In this document: positions 39,165 to 49,295 of the stretch, piece after piece | Numbering within the stretch: the first letter of the stretch is position 1 | How the letters are laid out: every line of letters begins with the position of its first letter | Assembly (NCBI GenBank): GCA_963804165.1 | Contig: CAWDPO010000016.1 | Coordinates: forward strand, 1 to 64,000 | Reading direction: 5' to 3' | DNA from: an uncultured delta proteobacterium | GTDB lineage: Bacteria; Desulfobacterota; Binatia; UBA9968 | DNA: 64,000 nt | The notes under the pieces: model-generated | Told to the model about the DNA's origin: nothing | Seen by the model: only the letters and a program-made list of their open reading frames with translations | Database searches by the model: none | Program-made: the position numbers and the translations under genes

Positions 39165-39452
39165 ATGCAGGTTACCGAGGTTAGGGTCTTTCCTGTCGAT
39201 GAAGATAAACTCAGGGCTTACGTTACGATCACCCTCGATCATTGCTTTGTGATCCGGGACCTAAAAATTATTCATGGGGCGACCGGGTATTTTGTCTCGA
39301 TGCCGAGTAAAAAGCGCAAGGACGGAACCTATAAGGATATCGCTCATCCGATCAATAACGAGACACGGCGGATGATCGAAGAAAAAATCATCGCGGAATA
39401 TCAAAAGGTTCTCGCCGAGGGGGGAAGTCCCAAAGCGCTTGATCATGACTGA
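39165..39452 (+). CDS. spoVG: SpoVG family nucleic-acid-binding protein
   Basis: MQVTEVRV...LRAYVTITLD..FVIRDLKII.G..GYFVSMPSKK..DGTYKDIAHPIN. Confidence 0.95.
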   Translation: MQVTEVRVFPVDEDKLRAYVTITLDHCFVIRDLKIIHGATGYFVSMPSKKRKDGTYKDIAHPINNETRRMIEEKIIAEYQKVLAEGGSPKALDHD

Positions 39453-39501
39453 GTCGATATTTCGCGCGACCGAGTGACCTTCTTTCGCGGAGGTTCGGGG
39501 A

Positions 39502-39575
39502 TGGGCGGTCGCCAAGCGGTAAGGCCCCGGCCTTTGGAGCCGGTATCGAAGGTTCGAATCCTTCCCGCCCAGCCA
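39502..39575 (+). tRNA. tRNA-Gln(TTG)
   Basis: TGGGCGG/CCGCCCA acceptor, CCGGC-ctTTGga-GCCGG, GGTTCGAATCC, CCA. Confidence 0.95.
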
Positions 39576-39624
39576 GTTTCCAGCGAAGAAAACTGGTCCA
39601 GATTTTAATTTTGGAATTTTAAGT

Positions 39625-39658
39625 GAGCGCCGTTCGCAAGGAACGGCGCTCGTTGTTT
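39625..39658 (+). terminator. Hairpin/terminator after tRNA-Gln
   Basis: GAGCGCCGTTC-gcaag-GAACGGCGCTC followed by GTTGTTT. Confidence 0.6.
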
Positions 39659-39756
39659 CGCTGAATTGAGAGGCGCGTGTTCCAACTTGGGAAGTGGTGG
39701 GTTCTAGCGGTCAAAATCGTTTGACGAAGACCTGAGGGCGACTCAACGTCGAAAAT

Positions 39757-40710
39757 ATGTCGCAACACGATGCGGAATTAAAAATATTCGCCGGTAATTC
39801 GAATCCGCCTTTGGCGGCGGAGATCAGCCAGTATCTCAAGGTGCCTCTGGGGAAAGCCACCGTGGATACTTTCAGCGACGGCGAGAGCAAGGTTGAGATC
39901 AAAGAAAACGTTCGCGGCGCGGACGTCTTCGTATTGCAATCGACTTCGTCGCCGGGCAACAACAATTTGATGGAACTCCTGCTCATGTTGGACGCGTTCA
40001 AGCGCGCCTCCGCGATGCGCATCACCGCCGTGATGCCGTATTATGGATACGCGCGTCAGGACCGCAAAGTGGTTCCGCGAGTGCCGATCAGCGCCAAGCT
40101 GGTCGCCGACCTGATCACGACTGCGGGGGCGTCGCGCATGCTCACACTCGATCTGCATTCCGGGCAGATTCAAGGATTTTTCGACATCCCCGTCGACAAC
40201 GTCTATGCCACCCCGGTGCTGCTCGACTATCTTAGGAAGCAATTGAATCATAACGAGGTGACCATCGTCTCTCCCGACGCCGGCGGCGTGGAGCGGGCGC
40301 GCGCCATCGCGACCCGGCTGGATGCGTCGCTGGCAATCATCGACAAACGGCGCGTCGGCCCGAATGTCGTCGCCGAGATGAACATTATCGGCGAGGTCGC
40401 CGATCGGGTAGCCATTCTAGTGGACGATATGGTTGATACCGCGGGGACGCTGACGATGGCCGCCGAAGCGCTCAAGCGAGAGGGTGCGAAGAGAATTCTT
40501 GGCTGTTGTACGCATCCGGTTTTGTCGGGCCCGGCGATCAAACGCATCGAAGAGTGCCCGCTGGAAGAATTAATCGTCACCAATACTATTCCGTTAGGTC
40601 CTCAGGCCCAGGGCTGCGGCAAGATCAAAACGCTGTCGGTGGCGCACCTGCTCGGCGAAGCGATTCGCCGCACCCATGAAGAGGAATCCATCAGCTCATT
40701 GTTCGTCTAG
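39757..40710 (+). CDS. prs: Ribose-phosphate pyrophosphokinase
   Basis: [49 protein letters not shown]. Confidence 0.97.
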   Translation: MSQHDAELKIFAGNSNPPLAAEISQYLKVPLGKATVDTFSDGESKVEIKENVRGADVFVLQSTSSPGNNNLMELLLMLDAFKRASAMRITAVMPYYGYARQDRKVVPRVPISAKLVADLITTAGASRMLTLDLHSGQIQGFFDIPVDNVYATPVLLDYLRKQLNHNEVTIVSPDAGGVERARAIATRLDASLAIIDKRRVGPNVVAEMNIIGEVADRVAILVDDMVDTAGTLTMAAEALKREGAKRILGCCTHPVLSGPAIKRIEECPLEELIVTNTIPLGPQAQGCGKIKTLSVAHLLGEAIRRTHEEESISSLFV

Positions 40711-40729
40711 TTCGAGGAGGTAGATTTCC

Positions 40730-41386
40730 GTGGAAACTCTAGAAATTCATGCCGATGCTCGGGAGAAAAAGAAAAAGCGCGATGCCAAACGATTACTGCG
40801 CGGCGGGAAAATCCCGGGTATCCTTTACGGGCCCAAAATGCAGTCCGTAGCCCTTGAATTCGACAAACGCGAGTTTTCCAAGCGGATAGCGGGTTTGGAA
40901 GGTTCGCATCTGGTTCGCCTGAAGTCGGCGACGGCGTCGCTGGCTGACAAAGTGGCGCTGGTAAAGGACATGCAATACCATCCGATCAGCGGTGACGTCA
41001 TCCACGCGGATTTATACGAGGTCGATTTAACGGCTAAGATCACAGTCCATGTGCCATTACACTTTGTCGGTAAAGCTGCAGGCGTCGTTCGCGGCGGTAT
41101 TCTCCAGCCGATTCTTCGTGAGATCGAAGTCGAGTGTTTGCCGCTCGATATTCCCGAATTTTTCAACGTCGATGTGAGCGCGTTGGACATCGGTGACTCC
41201 GTGCACATCGAAGACCTCACCATGCCGGAGGGCGTTGCCGTTATTTCGGAGTCTAACTTTGCGTTGGTCGCTGTTGTGCCGCCGACTGTTGAAGAAGCTC
41301 CAGCCGCGGCAGCCGCTGCGCCTGTCGAGGGAGCGGAAGCCGTGACTGCGGCGCCAGAGGCGCCGGCGAAGGAAGACGAATCCTAA
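40730..41386 (+). CDS. rplY: 50S ribosomal protein L25/general stress protein Ctc
   Basis: GKIPGILYG, KDMQYHP...HADL, VPLHFVG...GV..GG; follows prs. Confidence 0.95.
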   Translation: METLEIHADAREKKKKRDAKRLLRGGKIPGILYGPKMQSVALEFDKREFSKRIAGLEGSHLVRLKSATASLADKVALVKDMQYHPISGDVIHADLYEVDLTAKITVHVPLHFVGKAAGVVRGGILQPILREIEVECLPLDIPEFFNVDVSALDIGDSVHIEDLTMPEGVAVISESNFALVAVVPPTVEEAPAAAAAAPVEGAEAVTAAPEAPAKEDES

Positions 41387-41421
41387 CCGACTGCCCTATC
41401 CTGGCTCGTGGAAATTGATCG

Positions 41422-41988
41422 ATGAAGTTGATCGTCGGTCTGGGCAATCCCGGGAAGCCGTACGAACGCACGCGGCATAATTTGGGATTTTTGGTTGTCG
41501 AGCGGCTCGCGGTGAAAAATAAGATTGAGCTGTTGACTAAGCGTTGCGAATCGTTGGTCGGCGCATGGTCTTACGCCGGAGAAGAGATCATTCTCGCTAA
41601 ACCGCAAACCTTCATGAACCGAAGCGGGTCGGCGGTGGAATGTCTTCTCAGAGATTATCAAGGTTCGTTGGACGATTTGGCGGTGATCTATGACGATTTG
41701 GATCTGCCCTTCGGGCGTCTGCGGATCCGTCCGGGTGGCAGCGCCGGCGGTCACCGCGGCATGCTCTCGATCACGGAACGAACGGCGGGGGCTTCGTTCA
41801 ATCGAGTGCGCGTGGGAATAGGCCGTCCGTCCGAGGGAATGGATCCCGCGGATTATGTTTTGTCGCCGTTCAGCGCACTGGAACTGGACGAGTTAAGCGC
41901 CGTCATTGACCGCGCCGCGGACGCGGTGATGTCGCTGGTGCGGGACGGCGCCGAAAGGGCGATGGCATGCTTTAACCAGGCGCGCTGA
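41422..41988 (+). CDS. pth: Peptidyl-tRNA hydrolase
   Basis: LIVGLGNPG..Y..TRHNLGF, KPQTFMNRSG, DDLDLP.G, GSAGGH.G. Confidence 0.97.
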   Translation: MKLIVGLGNPGKPYERTRHNLGFLVVERLAVKNKIELLTKRCESLVGAWSYAGEEIILAKPQTFMNRSGSAVECLLRDYQGSLDDLAVIYDDLDLPFGRLRIRPGGSAGGHRGMLSITERTAGASFNRVRVGIGRPSEGMDPADYVLSPFSALELDELSAVIDRAADAVMSLVRDGAERAMACFNQAR

Positions 41989-42058
41989 GGCGCTACGTCG
42001 CGTTGTAAAGGCAAGGGGGCTATGCTAGAAAACACAGTTTATCGTGGAGGATCATACT

Positions 42059-42436
42059 GTGACTTTATATGAAACCCTTTTCGTGGTTCACCCTGAACGG
42101 GGATCGCGGATTAAAGAGTTAATCGAACGGTTTAAAAAAGTGATCGAGGGGCAAGAGGGCACCGTGTCCCTGGTCGATGAATGGGGCATGCGCGATCTCG
42201 CTTATCGTATCGAGAAACAAAGCAAGGGCTTCTACACTTTGCTGCGGTATAAGGCGACGGGGCGAGCCGTCGAGGAATTGGAACGCAACCTCAAATTGAC
42301 CGATGGCATACTGCGATATCTGACCGTGCGAGCCGAGGAAAACGCGATCACAAATCCAGCTGCGGTGCGGCCCCACCCGGATCAACCTAGGAGCGCTCCC
42401 GAAGAGAACGTCGCAAAGACCGAACCGTCGGCATAA
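42059..42436 (+). CDS. rpsF: 30S ribosomal protein S6
   Basis: YETLFVVHP, EWGMRDLAYRIEK, ILRYLTV; GGAGG RBS before GTG 42059. Confidence 0.95.
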   Translation: MTLYETLFVVHPERGSRIKELIERFKKVIEGQEGTVSLVDEWGMRDLAYRIEKQSKGFYTLLRYKATGRAVEELERNLKLTDGILRYLTVRAEENAITNPAAVRPHPDQPRSAPEENVAKTEPSA

Positions 42437-42721
42437 AACAAAACAACGCGTGCAGCACCGATGGGGGAGTACAAGCTTGTCCCCTACGGAACCTGATCAG
42501 ACACCCCAAAATTCGCTGTGCCTCGACGGGCACATGGCAACTGAAATACCGCTCGCCGCGCATCACGGGGAGTCATGGAACGGCGAAGCGAGTACGAAGC
42601 AGTCGCCACAACGGTTCGGTTCTTGGGGCGCAACTTTCGAAGGTCTTCCGAGTTGGAACAAGATTGGCTCGTTGCCGGTGAGCCGTTACAACGATTATCG
42701 GGGAAAGAGGTAAATTGAGCT

Positions 42722-43021
42722 ATGGCACAGATGGAACGAGGTCCAAGACCGTTTCGCGAAAGGTCGGACGACGATAAAGGTGGACCGCAGCAGCGCCGCC
42801 GGCCAATGTTTCGTCGCAGGGTTTGCCGTTTCTGCGCGGATAAATCGCTGGCAATCGATTATAAAGATTTGAGGACGATCTCTCAGTTTGTTACGGAGCG
42901 GGGAAAAATGACGCCGAGTCGGATCACTGGAAACTGCGCGCGCCATCAGCGGCTACTGACGACCGCAATCAAAAGAGCTCGCAGCGTGGCGCTGCTCCCC
43001 TTTACCACCGCCAAGAACTAA
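42722..43021 (+). CDS. rpsR: 30S ribosomal protein S18 (C+ type)
   Basis: [32 protein letters not shown]...AIKRAR..ALLP. Confidence 0.97.
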   Translation: MAQMERGPRPFRERSDDDKGGPQQRRRPMFRRRVCRFCADKSLAIDYKDLRTISQFVTERGKMTPSRITGNCARHQRLLTTAIKRARSVALLPFTTAKN

Positions 43022-43043
43022 GCATTTCCACCGGTCCATTTCG

Positions 43044-43997
43044 ATGCCGCGGGTAGAAGTCACCAGCCGATTTGTCTTAGCTTTGGCTTCGAGCATGTTT
43101 TTGTTTATCAGCGGCATGAGTTTGCCGCCGTTGGGTGTGATTGTATTGCCTTTCGTGGCGCAGCCTGTTCTCGTGTTCGGGCTTAAATACGGCATCGGCG
43201 CGGGCCTAGGCGTTGTGTGTGGCGCGATCCTGCTCTTGGTGATTTTTGCCAGCGAAGATCTCGCGTTGATCTACGGCGTTTTCGCCGTGCTGGCGGGCTT
43301 GTTATTGAGTTTGCTCGGGCGTATTCGAACGATCGAATATTTGGTCATGGGTGTGGCGACGGTGCTTTTAAGCATGACGGCCGGTCTTTGGCTTTATTTT
43401 TACGGCTCCTGGTCGGCGATATCCCAAGATCTTCAAGCGGGATTGACGCAACAACTAGCGTCCGCCATCCAACTTCAGGAAAAGATGGGCCTGTCACCGG
43501 AGAGTCTGGAAGTGCTTAAGGAGCAGACCCCGCGCATCGTCGAGACGCTCTTGCAACTCTTGCCAGCATTGCTTTTTTTGAGTTTCGCGTTTATCGCCTT
43601 GGTGAATATCCTTTATTTGGGCCGGCGCTTTCCGGAGCGGCGCGTCCAGTGGTTTTCGCTCCCTTATCTGCGCGAGTGGAAGGGTCCCGAACCCTTGGTC
43701 TGGGTGCTGATCGCCTGCGGATTTGCGCTCTTTGTTCCGGGGATCACCGCGTTACGCGTGGTTGCGCTGAATTTTCTCCTGGTCATCGCCGCCTGCTATT
43801 TCGCTCAGGGGCTCGCCGTGATCGCTTATTTTTTTCATAAGAACAATGTGCCGCGGTTTTTGCGCGGCCTGACTTACGTGCTGATCATTTTTCAACAAAT
43901 CTTTACGCTGCTGGTGGTGGGTTTAGGTCTGTTCGATCTGTGGGGCGATTTTCGCCGCTTGAGAAAAGATAACCTGACTCCGAGCCAGGCGTCCTAG
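43044..43997 (+). CDS. DUF2232/YybS family membrane protein
   Basis: Multi-TM protein between rpsR and rplI; YFAQGLAV and GLGLFDLWGDFR motifs. Confidence 0.85.
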   Translation: MPRVEVTSRFVLALASSMFLFISGMSLPPLGVIVLPFVAQPVLVFGLKYGIGAGLGVVCGAILLLVIFASEDLALIYGVFAVLAGLLLSLLGRIRTIEYLVMGVATVLLSMTAGLWLYFYGSWSAISQDLQAGLTQQLASAIQLQEKMGLSPESLEVLKEQTPRIVETLLQLLPALLFLSFAFIALVNILYLGRRFPERRVQWFSLPYLREWKGPEPLVWVLIACGFALFVPGITALRVVALNFLLVIAACYFAQGLAVIAYFFHKNNVPRFLRGLTYVLIIFQQIFTLLVVGLGLFDLWGDFRRLRKDNLTPSQAS

Positions 43998-44007
43998 TGG
44001 AGGTACC

Positions 44008-44454
44008 ATGGAAGTCATCTTGAAAGAAGACATCGCGAACCTGGGCAAGATCGGCGAACTCGTGCGGGTGCGCGATGGATATGCCCGCAACTATCTCTTG
44101 CCGCGCGGGCTCGTGTTCATCGCCAACAAGAAAAATCTCAAGACTTTCGATCACCAAAAGAAGCTCGTGGCCGAGCAGAAGCAAAAAATCCTGCGCCACG
44201 CTCAAGGCGCGGCCGACCAGCTGTCTTCGGTCTCGCTCGTCATTCCCATGAAGGTCGGGGAAGAAGGCAGGCTTTTCGGTTCGGTGACCAATATTCATAT
44301 CGAAAAGGCCTTGAAAACCAAGGGACTCGATGTCGACCGCCGCAAGATTCATCTCGACGAACCGATCAAAACCGTCGGCGATTACGAAGTCCCCATTCGC
44401 TTGGCCGCCGATCTCATCGTGTCTCTCAAGCTTTCCGTCGTGTCCGAAAGCTAG
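44008..44454 (+). CDS. rplI: 50S ribosomal protein L9
   Basis: MEVILKEDIANLGKIGELVRVRDGYARNYLLP, GRLFGSVT. Confidence 0.97.
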   Translation: MEVILKEDIANLGKIGELVRVRDGYARNYLLPRGLVFIANKKNLKTFDHQKKLVAEQKQKILRHAQGAADQLSSVSLVIPMKVGEEGRLFGSVTNIHIEKALKTKGLDVDRRKIHLDEPIKTVGDYEVPIRLAADLIVSLKLSVVSES

Positions 44455-44498
44455 AGCGAAGTCCGATCGACGCTGGCGAAAACTCATCGGCCTCAACG

Positions 44499-44530
44499 AG
44501 GGATGAGAACGCGGCTCTCGTCCCTATTTA
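44499..44530 (+). terminator. Intrinsic terminator after rplI
   Basis: AGGGATGAGA-loop-TCTCGTCCCT followed by ATTTTATTGTCTTTTT. Confidence 0.65.
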
Positions 44531-44608
44531 TTGTCTTTTTATTCGTAGTCTGACAGATCGCGGTCTGTCCAGAGCGCCGTTAGCCTGCCGTTCGTTTATT
44601 TCACGACA

Positions 44609-45496
44609 ATGATGACCCCGGAGCCGGTCGCTTTATCCCGCTCGCAAATCACCCGGGGGCGATGGCTGATCGTCGCCGCCGCGTTTCTGTGGAGTCTGGC
44701 CGGTGTCTTCATCAAGTTCCTAGACGTGCCGCCGCTCACCATCGTTTTCTATCGCAGCCTGTTCGCTGGTTTGGTCTTCACGCCGTTTTTGCGGCGAAAT
44801 GGTTGGTCCATCAGCGCGCCGATACTTATTTCCGCGCTCACTTACACTGCAGCGATCAGTGCGTTCGTCGCGGCGAACAAATTAACCACCGCGGCAAACG
44901 CCATCGTGTTGCAGTACACCGCGCCGATTTTTGTTTTTCTTTTTTCTGGGCTCGTGCTGAAAGAGAAGATTGCCAAATTGAACGGTTTTGCCCTCGCCGT
45001 GAGCATGATCGGCGTGGGCATGATCTCGTTGGACAGCGCCGGCCAGCCGGAAATGGCCGGTGTTTTGCTCGCTCTGTTGAGCGGCCTTTTGTTCGCCGCA
45101 TACATGATCAATCTCCGCCGCACGAGCGAGATCAGTCCGGGTTATCTTACCTGGATCAACAACATTGTCTGCGCGTTGTTACTCTTGTTCGTCGTCAAGT
45201 CGCAGCTTTGGCTGACTTCGATGCAGCTCTGGATTCTGATAGTCATGGGCGTAGTGCAGCTCGGCATGCCCTATTTCTTGTTCTCGAAGGGATTGCACAC
45301 GGTGTCGTTGCAGGAAGCTTCGCTGATCGCTTTGATCGAGCCGGTACTGAATCCTTTGTGGGTAGCCCTCTTGGTCGGTGAGATCCCGTCGAGGGCCACG
45401 GTCACTGGCGGCGGGATGATTCTCCTGGGCCTTGGCGTGCGCTACGTCTGGCCGCTATTCAGAAGGTCAGCGGGGTCTGTGCGTTTGGCGTCGTGA
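44609..45496 (+). CDS. DMT/EamA family transporter
   Basis: About 10 TM segments; ANKLTTAANAIVLQYTAP, LIEPVLNPLWV. Confidence 0.88.
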   Translation: MMTPEPVALSRSQITRGRWLIVAAAFLWSLAGVFIKFLDVPPLTIVFYRSLFAGLVFTPFLRRNGWSISAPILISALTYTAAISAFVAANKLTTAANAIVLQYTAPIFVFLFSGLVLKEKIAKLNGFALAVSMIGVGMISLDSAGQPEMAGVLLALLSGLLFAAYMINLRRTSEISPGYLTWINNIVCALLLLFVVKSQLWLTSMQLWILIVMGVVQLGMPYFLFSKGLHTVSLQEASLIALIEPVLNPLWVALLVGEIPSRATVTGGGMILLGLGVRYVWPLFRRSAGSVRLAS

Positions 45497-45513
45497 GTCT
45501 CGCCGAATTCACG

Positions 45514-45936
45514 TCAACTGGAAATGCGCACGTTGCCGGGATGGCGGATGCGTTCCATTTCTTCGGGCGAAAGTGTTTTGATATCCTTGCGTAGCTCGTA
45601 ATTGATATGCTGGATCGCTTCCGTTGGTCCCGAACGGTTGCCCATGAGCACCATCGGGCCAGCGCCGCTGTTTTCCAACTGATAAAACGAGCCGCCGGTG
45701 ATCGTCGCGACCATACCGGGTGTCATCACGGCTTTGCCGCCGTCAGGAAAGTGCATGGTGCACTCGCCCTCGATGACGTAAAACGTTTGGTCGGCATTGT
45801 GGCAGTGCATATCATCAGCGTCTCCAGGCTTGGGATAGACGTGGAGCCAAGCATGAAACCGATGGGTGTTGAAAATCACTTTGCGCTTGCCATGTTCGCG
45901 CGCCATTTTAGGCATATCCATCACTTCGATCGGCAT
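45514..45936 (-). CDS. Cupin domain protein
   Basis: MHCHNADQTFYVIEGE...PG; GGAGG RBS; TTGACA upstream at 45990-45995. Confidence 0.8.
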   Translation of the reverse strand: MPIEVMDMPKMAREHGKRKVIFNTHRFHAWLHVYPKPGDADDMHCHNADQTFYVIEGECTMHFPDGGKAVMTPGMVATITGGSFYQLENSGAGPMVLMGNRSGPTEAIQHINYELRKDIKTLSPEEMERIRHPGNVRISS

Positions 45937-46077
45937 AGTTCCTCCCGAGGGGCTGAGATCGCTAGAAGTTATCAGCACGCCTATTTTCCTGTCAATTCGC
46001 ATCTGACGAAGTTTAACAATTGGCGGTTTTTTTGATAGTTTCACAGGCAATCCAAAACGATATCTAAGGAGGTTCGA

Positions 46078-46882
46078 ATGTCGATGAACTGGGGAATGGC
46101 AAATCGTTTAGCGCGAATTATCAAGTCGGATGGACGGGCGGTCATGCTTGCCGTTGACCACGGCTACTTTCTCGGTCCCACGAGCGGGCTGGAAGAACCG
46201 CGAAAGACGATCGAACCTTTGATGCCGCATGCGGACTCGATCATGCTGACGCGCGGCGTGCTGCGCACTTCGGTGGACGCGAGCGCCGACAAGCCCGTCG
46301 TGCTGCGAGTTTCCGGCGGCACCAGTATTCTCAAGGAACTGTCCAATGAAGATATCACAGTGTCGATTGACGACTGCATTCGCCTCAACGTTTCGGCGAT
46401 GGCGCTGTCGATCTTTGTCGGCTCGGAGTTCGAGAAGGAAACTTTGGTAAGTCTTGGCCAAGCTTGTCGACGAGGGCGAGAAATACGGCATTCCGGTTTT
46501 GGCCGTCACCGCCGTGGGCAAAGACATGGCGCGTGACGTGCGCTATCTCGGCTTGTCCTGTCGCATCGCTGCCGAGCTCGGCGCGCACATCGTGAAGACC
46601 TACTATTGCGACGACTTCGAGCAGCTTATCGAGAGCTGCCCAATTCCAGTCATCGTCGCCGGCGGTAAAAAGACTCCTGAAATGGAGGCGCTCGAACTGG
46701 CACACAATGCAGTGAGCCATGGCGCCGTGGGTGTGGATATGGGCCGAAATATCTTTCAGTCCGATTCGCCGGTGGGAATGATCAAGGCTATTCGGGCGAT
46801 CGTTCACGAGAATGTTTCGGTGAAAGAGGCATATCACATTTACGAGAGCGAGAAGGGGGCGAAGGCGCGCAAGGCTTCCTAA
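46078..46882 (+). CDS. lsrF: LsrF-like thiolase/class I aldolase (frameshift near 46454)
   Basis: WGMANRLARI...VMLAVDHGYFLGPTSGLE; second frame RIAAELGAHIVKTYY, AGGKK, GVDMGRNIFQS. Confidence 0.85.
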
Positions 46883-46908
46883 TCGTTATTTAAGAAATCT
46901 TGACCATG

Positions 46909-46983
46909 CTTCGACAAGCTCAGTATGAGCGGAGTTTCTTGCTCGAATCAAACTCGGTTCCGCTCGTCCCGAGCTTGTCGAAG
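46909..46983. repeat. REP-like inverted repeat
   Basis: CTTCGACAAGCTCAGTATGAGCGGA ... TCCGCTCGTCCCGAGCTTGTCGAAG. Confidence 0.75.
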
Positions 46984-47087
46984 GACATCCGAAGAAATCG
47001 TCATCTGGTAAACGCCGCCGACGTTCGAGTCGCTTACCTACGATCCTCAACCCGCGCCTAAGTTCTATCGCATACCTGGAGCCGATC

Positions 47088-48114
47088 ATGCGCGTCGCCA
47101 TGTACTACAACAATCGGGATGTTCGGTTGGAAGAGTTACCTGTGCCGAAGATTGGTCCGGGTGAGTTACTCATTAAGACAAGGGCAAGCGGCATTTGCGG
47201 CAGCGATTTGATGGAGTGGTATCGGATCAAAAAGGCGCCGCTGGTTTTGGGCCACGAGGTCACCGGTGAAGTTGTCGAAATCGGTGCAGGAGTCACCCAC
47301 TACAAAATCGGCGACCGGGTGTTCTCTTCGCATCATGTGCCCTGCGGTAATTGCCGATACTGTTCGGCCGGTCATCAATCGGTTTGCGACTTGCTGCGCA
47401 CGACTCATTTCGATCCGGGCGGATTTGCCGAGTATATCCGCGTGCCGAAAATCAATGTCGAGCTCGGCACGCTACGTCATCCCGGACTCAATGACATTCG
47501 ACGAAGGCTCATTTATCGAGCCGCTTGCCTGTGTGGTGCGGGCGCAGCGCTTCGCTCAAGTCGGCGCGGGCCAGACCGTGCTGGTGATCGGCAGCGGCAT
47601 ATCCGGCTTGCTGCACATCCAGCTGGCGCGCGCTCTCGGCGCCGCGCGCATCATTGCGACCGACATCAGTGATTTTCGCCTGAAAGCCGCCTCTGAGTTT
47701 GGCGCCGATGCGACCATACACGGCTCAAACGACGTGCCGGCGCGCTTACGTGAGTTGAACGACGGCCGGTTGGCGGATCGGGTCATCGTTTGTACCGGCG
47801 CGTTGCCGGCGATTCAACAGGCCGTCAGGTCCATCGAACGCGGCGGCACGCTACTTTTCTTTGCGCCGACGGCTGCCGGCGTGGACGTGGGGATTCCGCT
47901 CTTCGATTACTGGCGCGATGAGATTTCCGTAATTACTTCTTACGCGGGCAGCGGCGACGATCTCAAAGAATCCCTCGCGCTGATTCGCGACCACAAAGTG
48001 CGCGTCGCGGACATGGTCACGCACCGCTTGCCGCTGGCGCAGGCAGGCTTGGGGTTTCAATTGACGGCCAGCGGACAAGATTCGATAAAAGTCATTCTCG
48101 ATCCGCTGATTTAA
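47088..48114 (+). CDS. Zn-dependent alcohol/polyol dehydrogenase (frameshift near 47476)
   Basis: GICGSD, GHE, C..C..C.......C; second frame EPLAC, VIGSGISG. Confidence 0.88.
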
Positions 48115-48169
48115 TCGGTCTAGAGCGTCTTGTGTTCCCAACGCGAGACAGTAGACTCCAGACCCGAGA

Positions 48170-49171
48170 CTATTTCGCCATTCCCAGCTCTTTTCTGGCT
48201 TTATCGACGAAACTGTAGTCGACGACGTCTGCCGTCGATAGAGACTTGGTGACTTTTGCGCTTTCGCGCGCGAGATCGATGAGCACCTGCACGGACTCCG
48301 GCTTGACGTAGGCGTCGCGGGTGAGCACGCGCATGACGTGGCGGATGGTTTCCGCCGCGATTTTCTGATCGCTCATTTTCCACTGCTTCATCACGACGTT
48401 GACGACCGCGTCATGATTGTTTTTATCCCATACGAATTGTAGACCGCGCAGGGTTGCCCGCACCATTCGATAGACTTCATCGGGATTGTCGCGGATTTTT
48501 TTCTCCGACGTGCCGAAACCGTTCTGTGGAAACTCGACGACGTCGCCGGCAAAGACCAGCTCGTTATAGCCCTTTTCGAGAGCAATAATGTTTTCCGGCA
48601 CCGATAGAAAGGAAGCGTCGACGACACCCGTGTCCAACACGGCAAAGCGGCCCGCGGCGGAGCCGCCCATAGGAAGGAGAGAAACATCCCGTCCGGGCTC
48701 GAGGCCGTAATGCTTCAGCACTTTGTCCGCAATGAGTGTCGCCGAACCGCCTGGCGAGCTGCCGGCGACTTTTTTTCCTCTGAGCTGTTTCACGTCTTTG
48801 ATTTCTTTTTTGCTCATCAGAAATAGAAAGGGTTTGGCCACCGTAAAGAGCAGTACCTTCATCGGCTGGCCGCGAACCGCACCACCGATGGTGCCGGTGA
48901 CCGCGCCGTTGTAATCGATGTCGCCGTTCAAAACCGCTGCGCTCGCCAGATTGGCCGGCATGTAGATGATCTCCAAGTCGATGCCTTCGTCTTTGAAAAA
49001 GCCGCGGTGCACGGCGGTATAGAGCGCGAGAAACGAGACGTTGGTCGAGGAGCTGCCCATGCGGACCTTTTTCAATACTTGGGAATGCGCCGATGTCAGG
49101 AGGAAAAATGGCGCCATCAACCAACTCAAGAGGATGCCGCCTGCAAGTATTTTCTTTTCCAGGACCATCAT
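48170..49171 (-). CDS. ABC substrate-binding protein (NMT1/SsuA/TauA-like)
   Basis: Signal peptide; RGFFKDEGIDLE, GDIDY, LRGKKVA. Confidence 0.85.
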   Translation of the reverse strand: MMVLEKKILAGGILLSWLMAPFFLLTSAHSQVLKKVRMGSSSTNVSFLALYTAVHRGFFKDEGIDLEIIYMPANLASAAVLNGDIDYNGAVTGTIGGAVRGQPMKVLLFTVAKPFLFLMSKKEIKDVKQLRGKKVAGSSPGGSATLIADKVLKHYGLEPGRDVSLLPMGGSAAGRFAVLDTGVVDASFLSVPENIIALEKGYNELVFAGDVVEFPQNGFGTSEKKIRDNPDEVYRMVRATLRGLQFVWDKNNHDAVVNVVMKQWKMSDQKIAAETIRHVMRVLTRDAYVKPESVQVLIDLARESAKVTKSLSTADVVDYSFVDKARKELGMAK

Positions 49172-49184
49172 AGCCTCCGTGATT

Positions 49185-49252
49185 CGTCGCTCCCGCGAAA
49201 GCGGGAGCCCAGAGCTCGATAAACCTGGATTCCCGTTTGCACGGGAATGACG
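49185..49252. repeat. Paired REP-like palindromes
   Basis: CGTCGCTCCCGCGAAAGCGGGAGCCCAG ... CTGGATTCCCGTTTGCACGGGAATGACG. Confidence 0.75.
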
Positions 49253-49295
49253 GGAAAAGTCGAAGCCAGCAAAATCCCTGACGGCGGGCGTGCCG

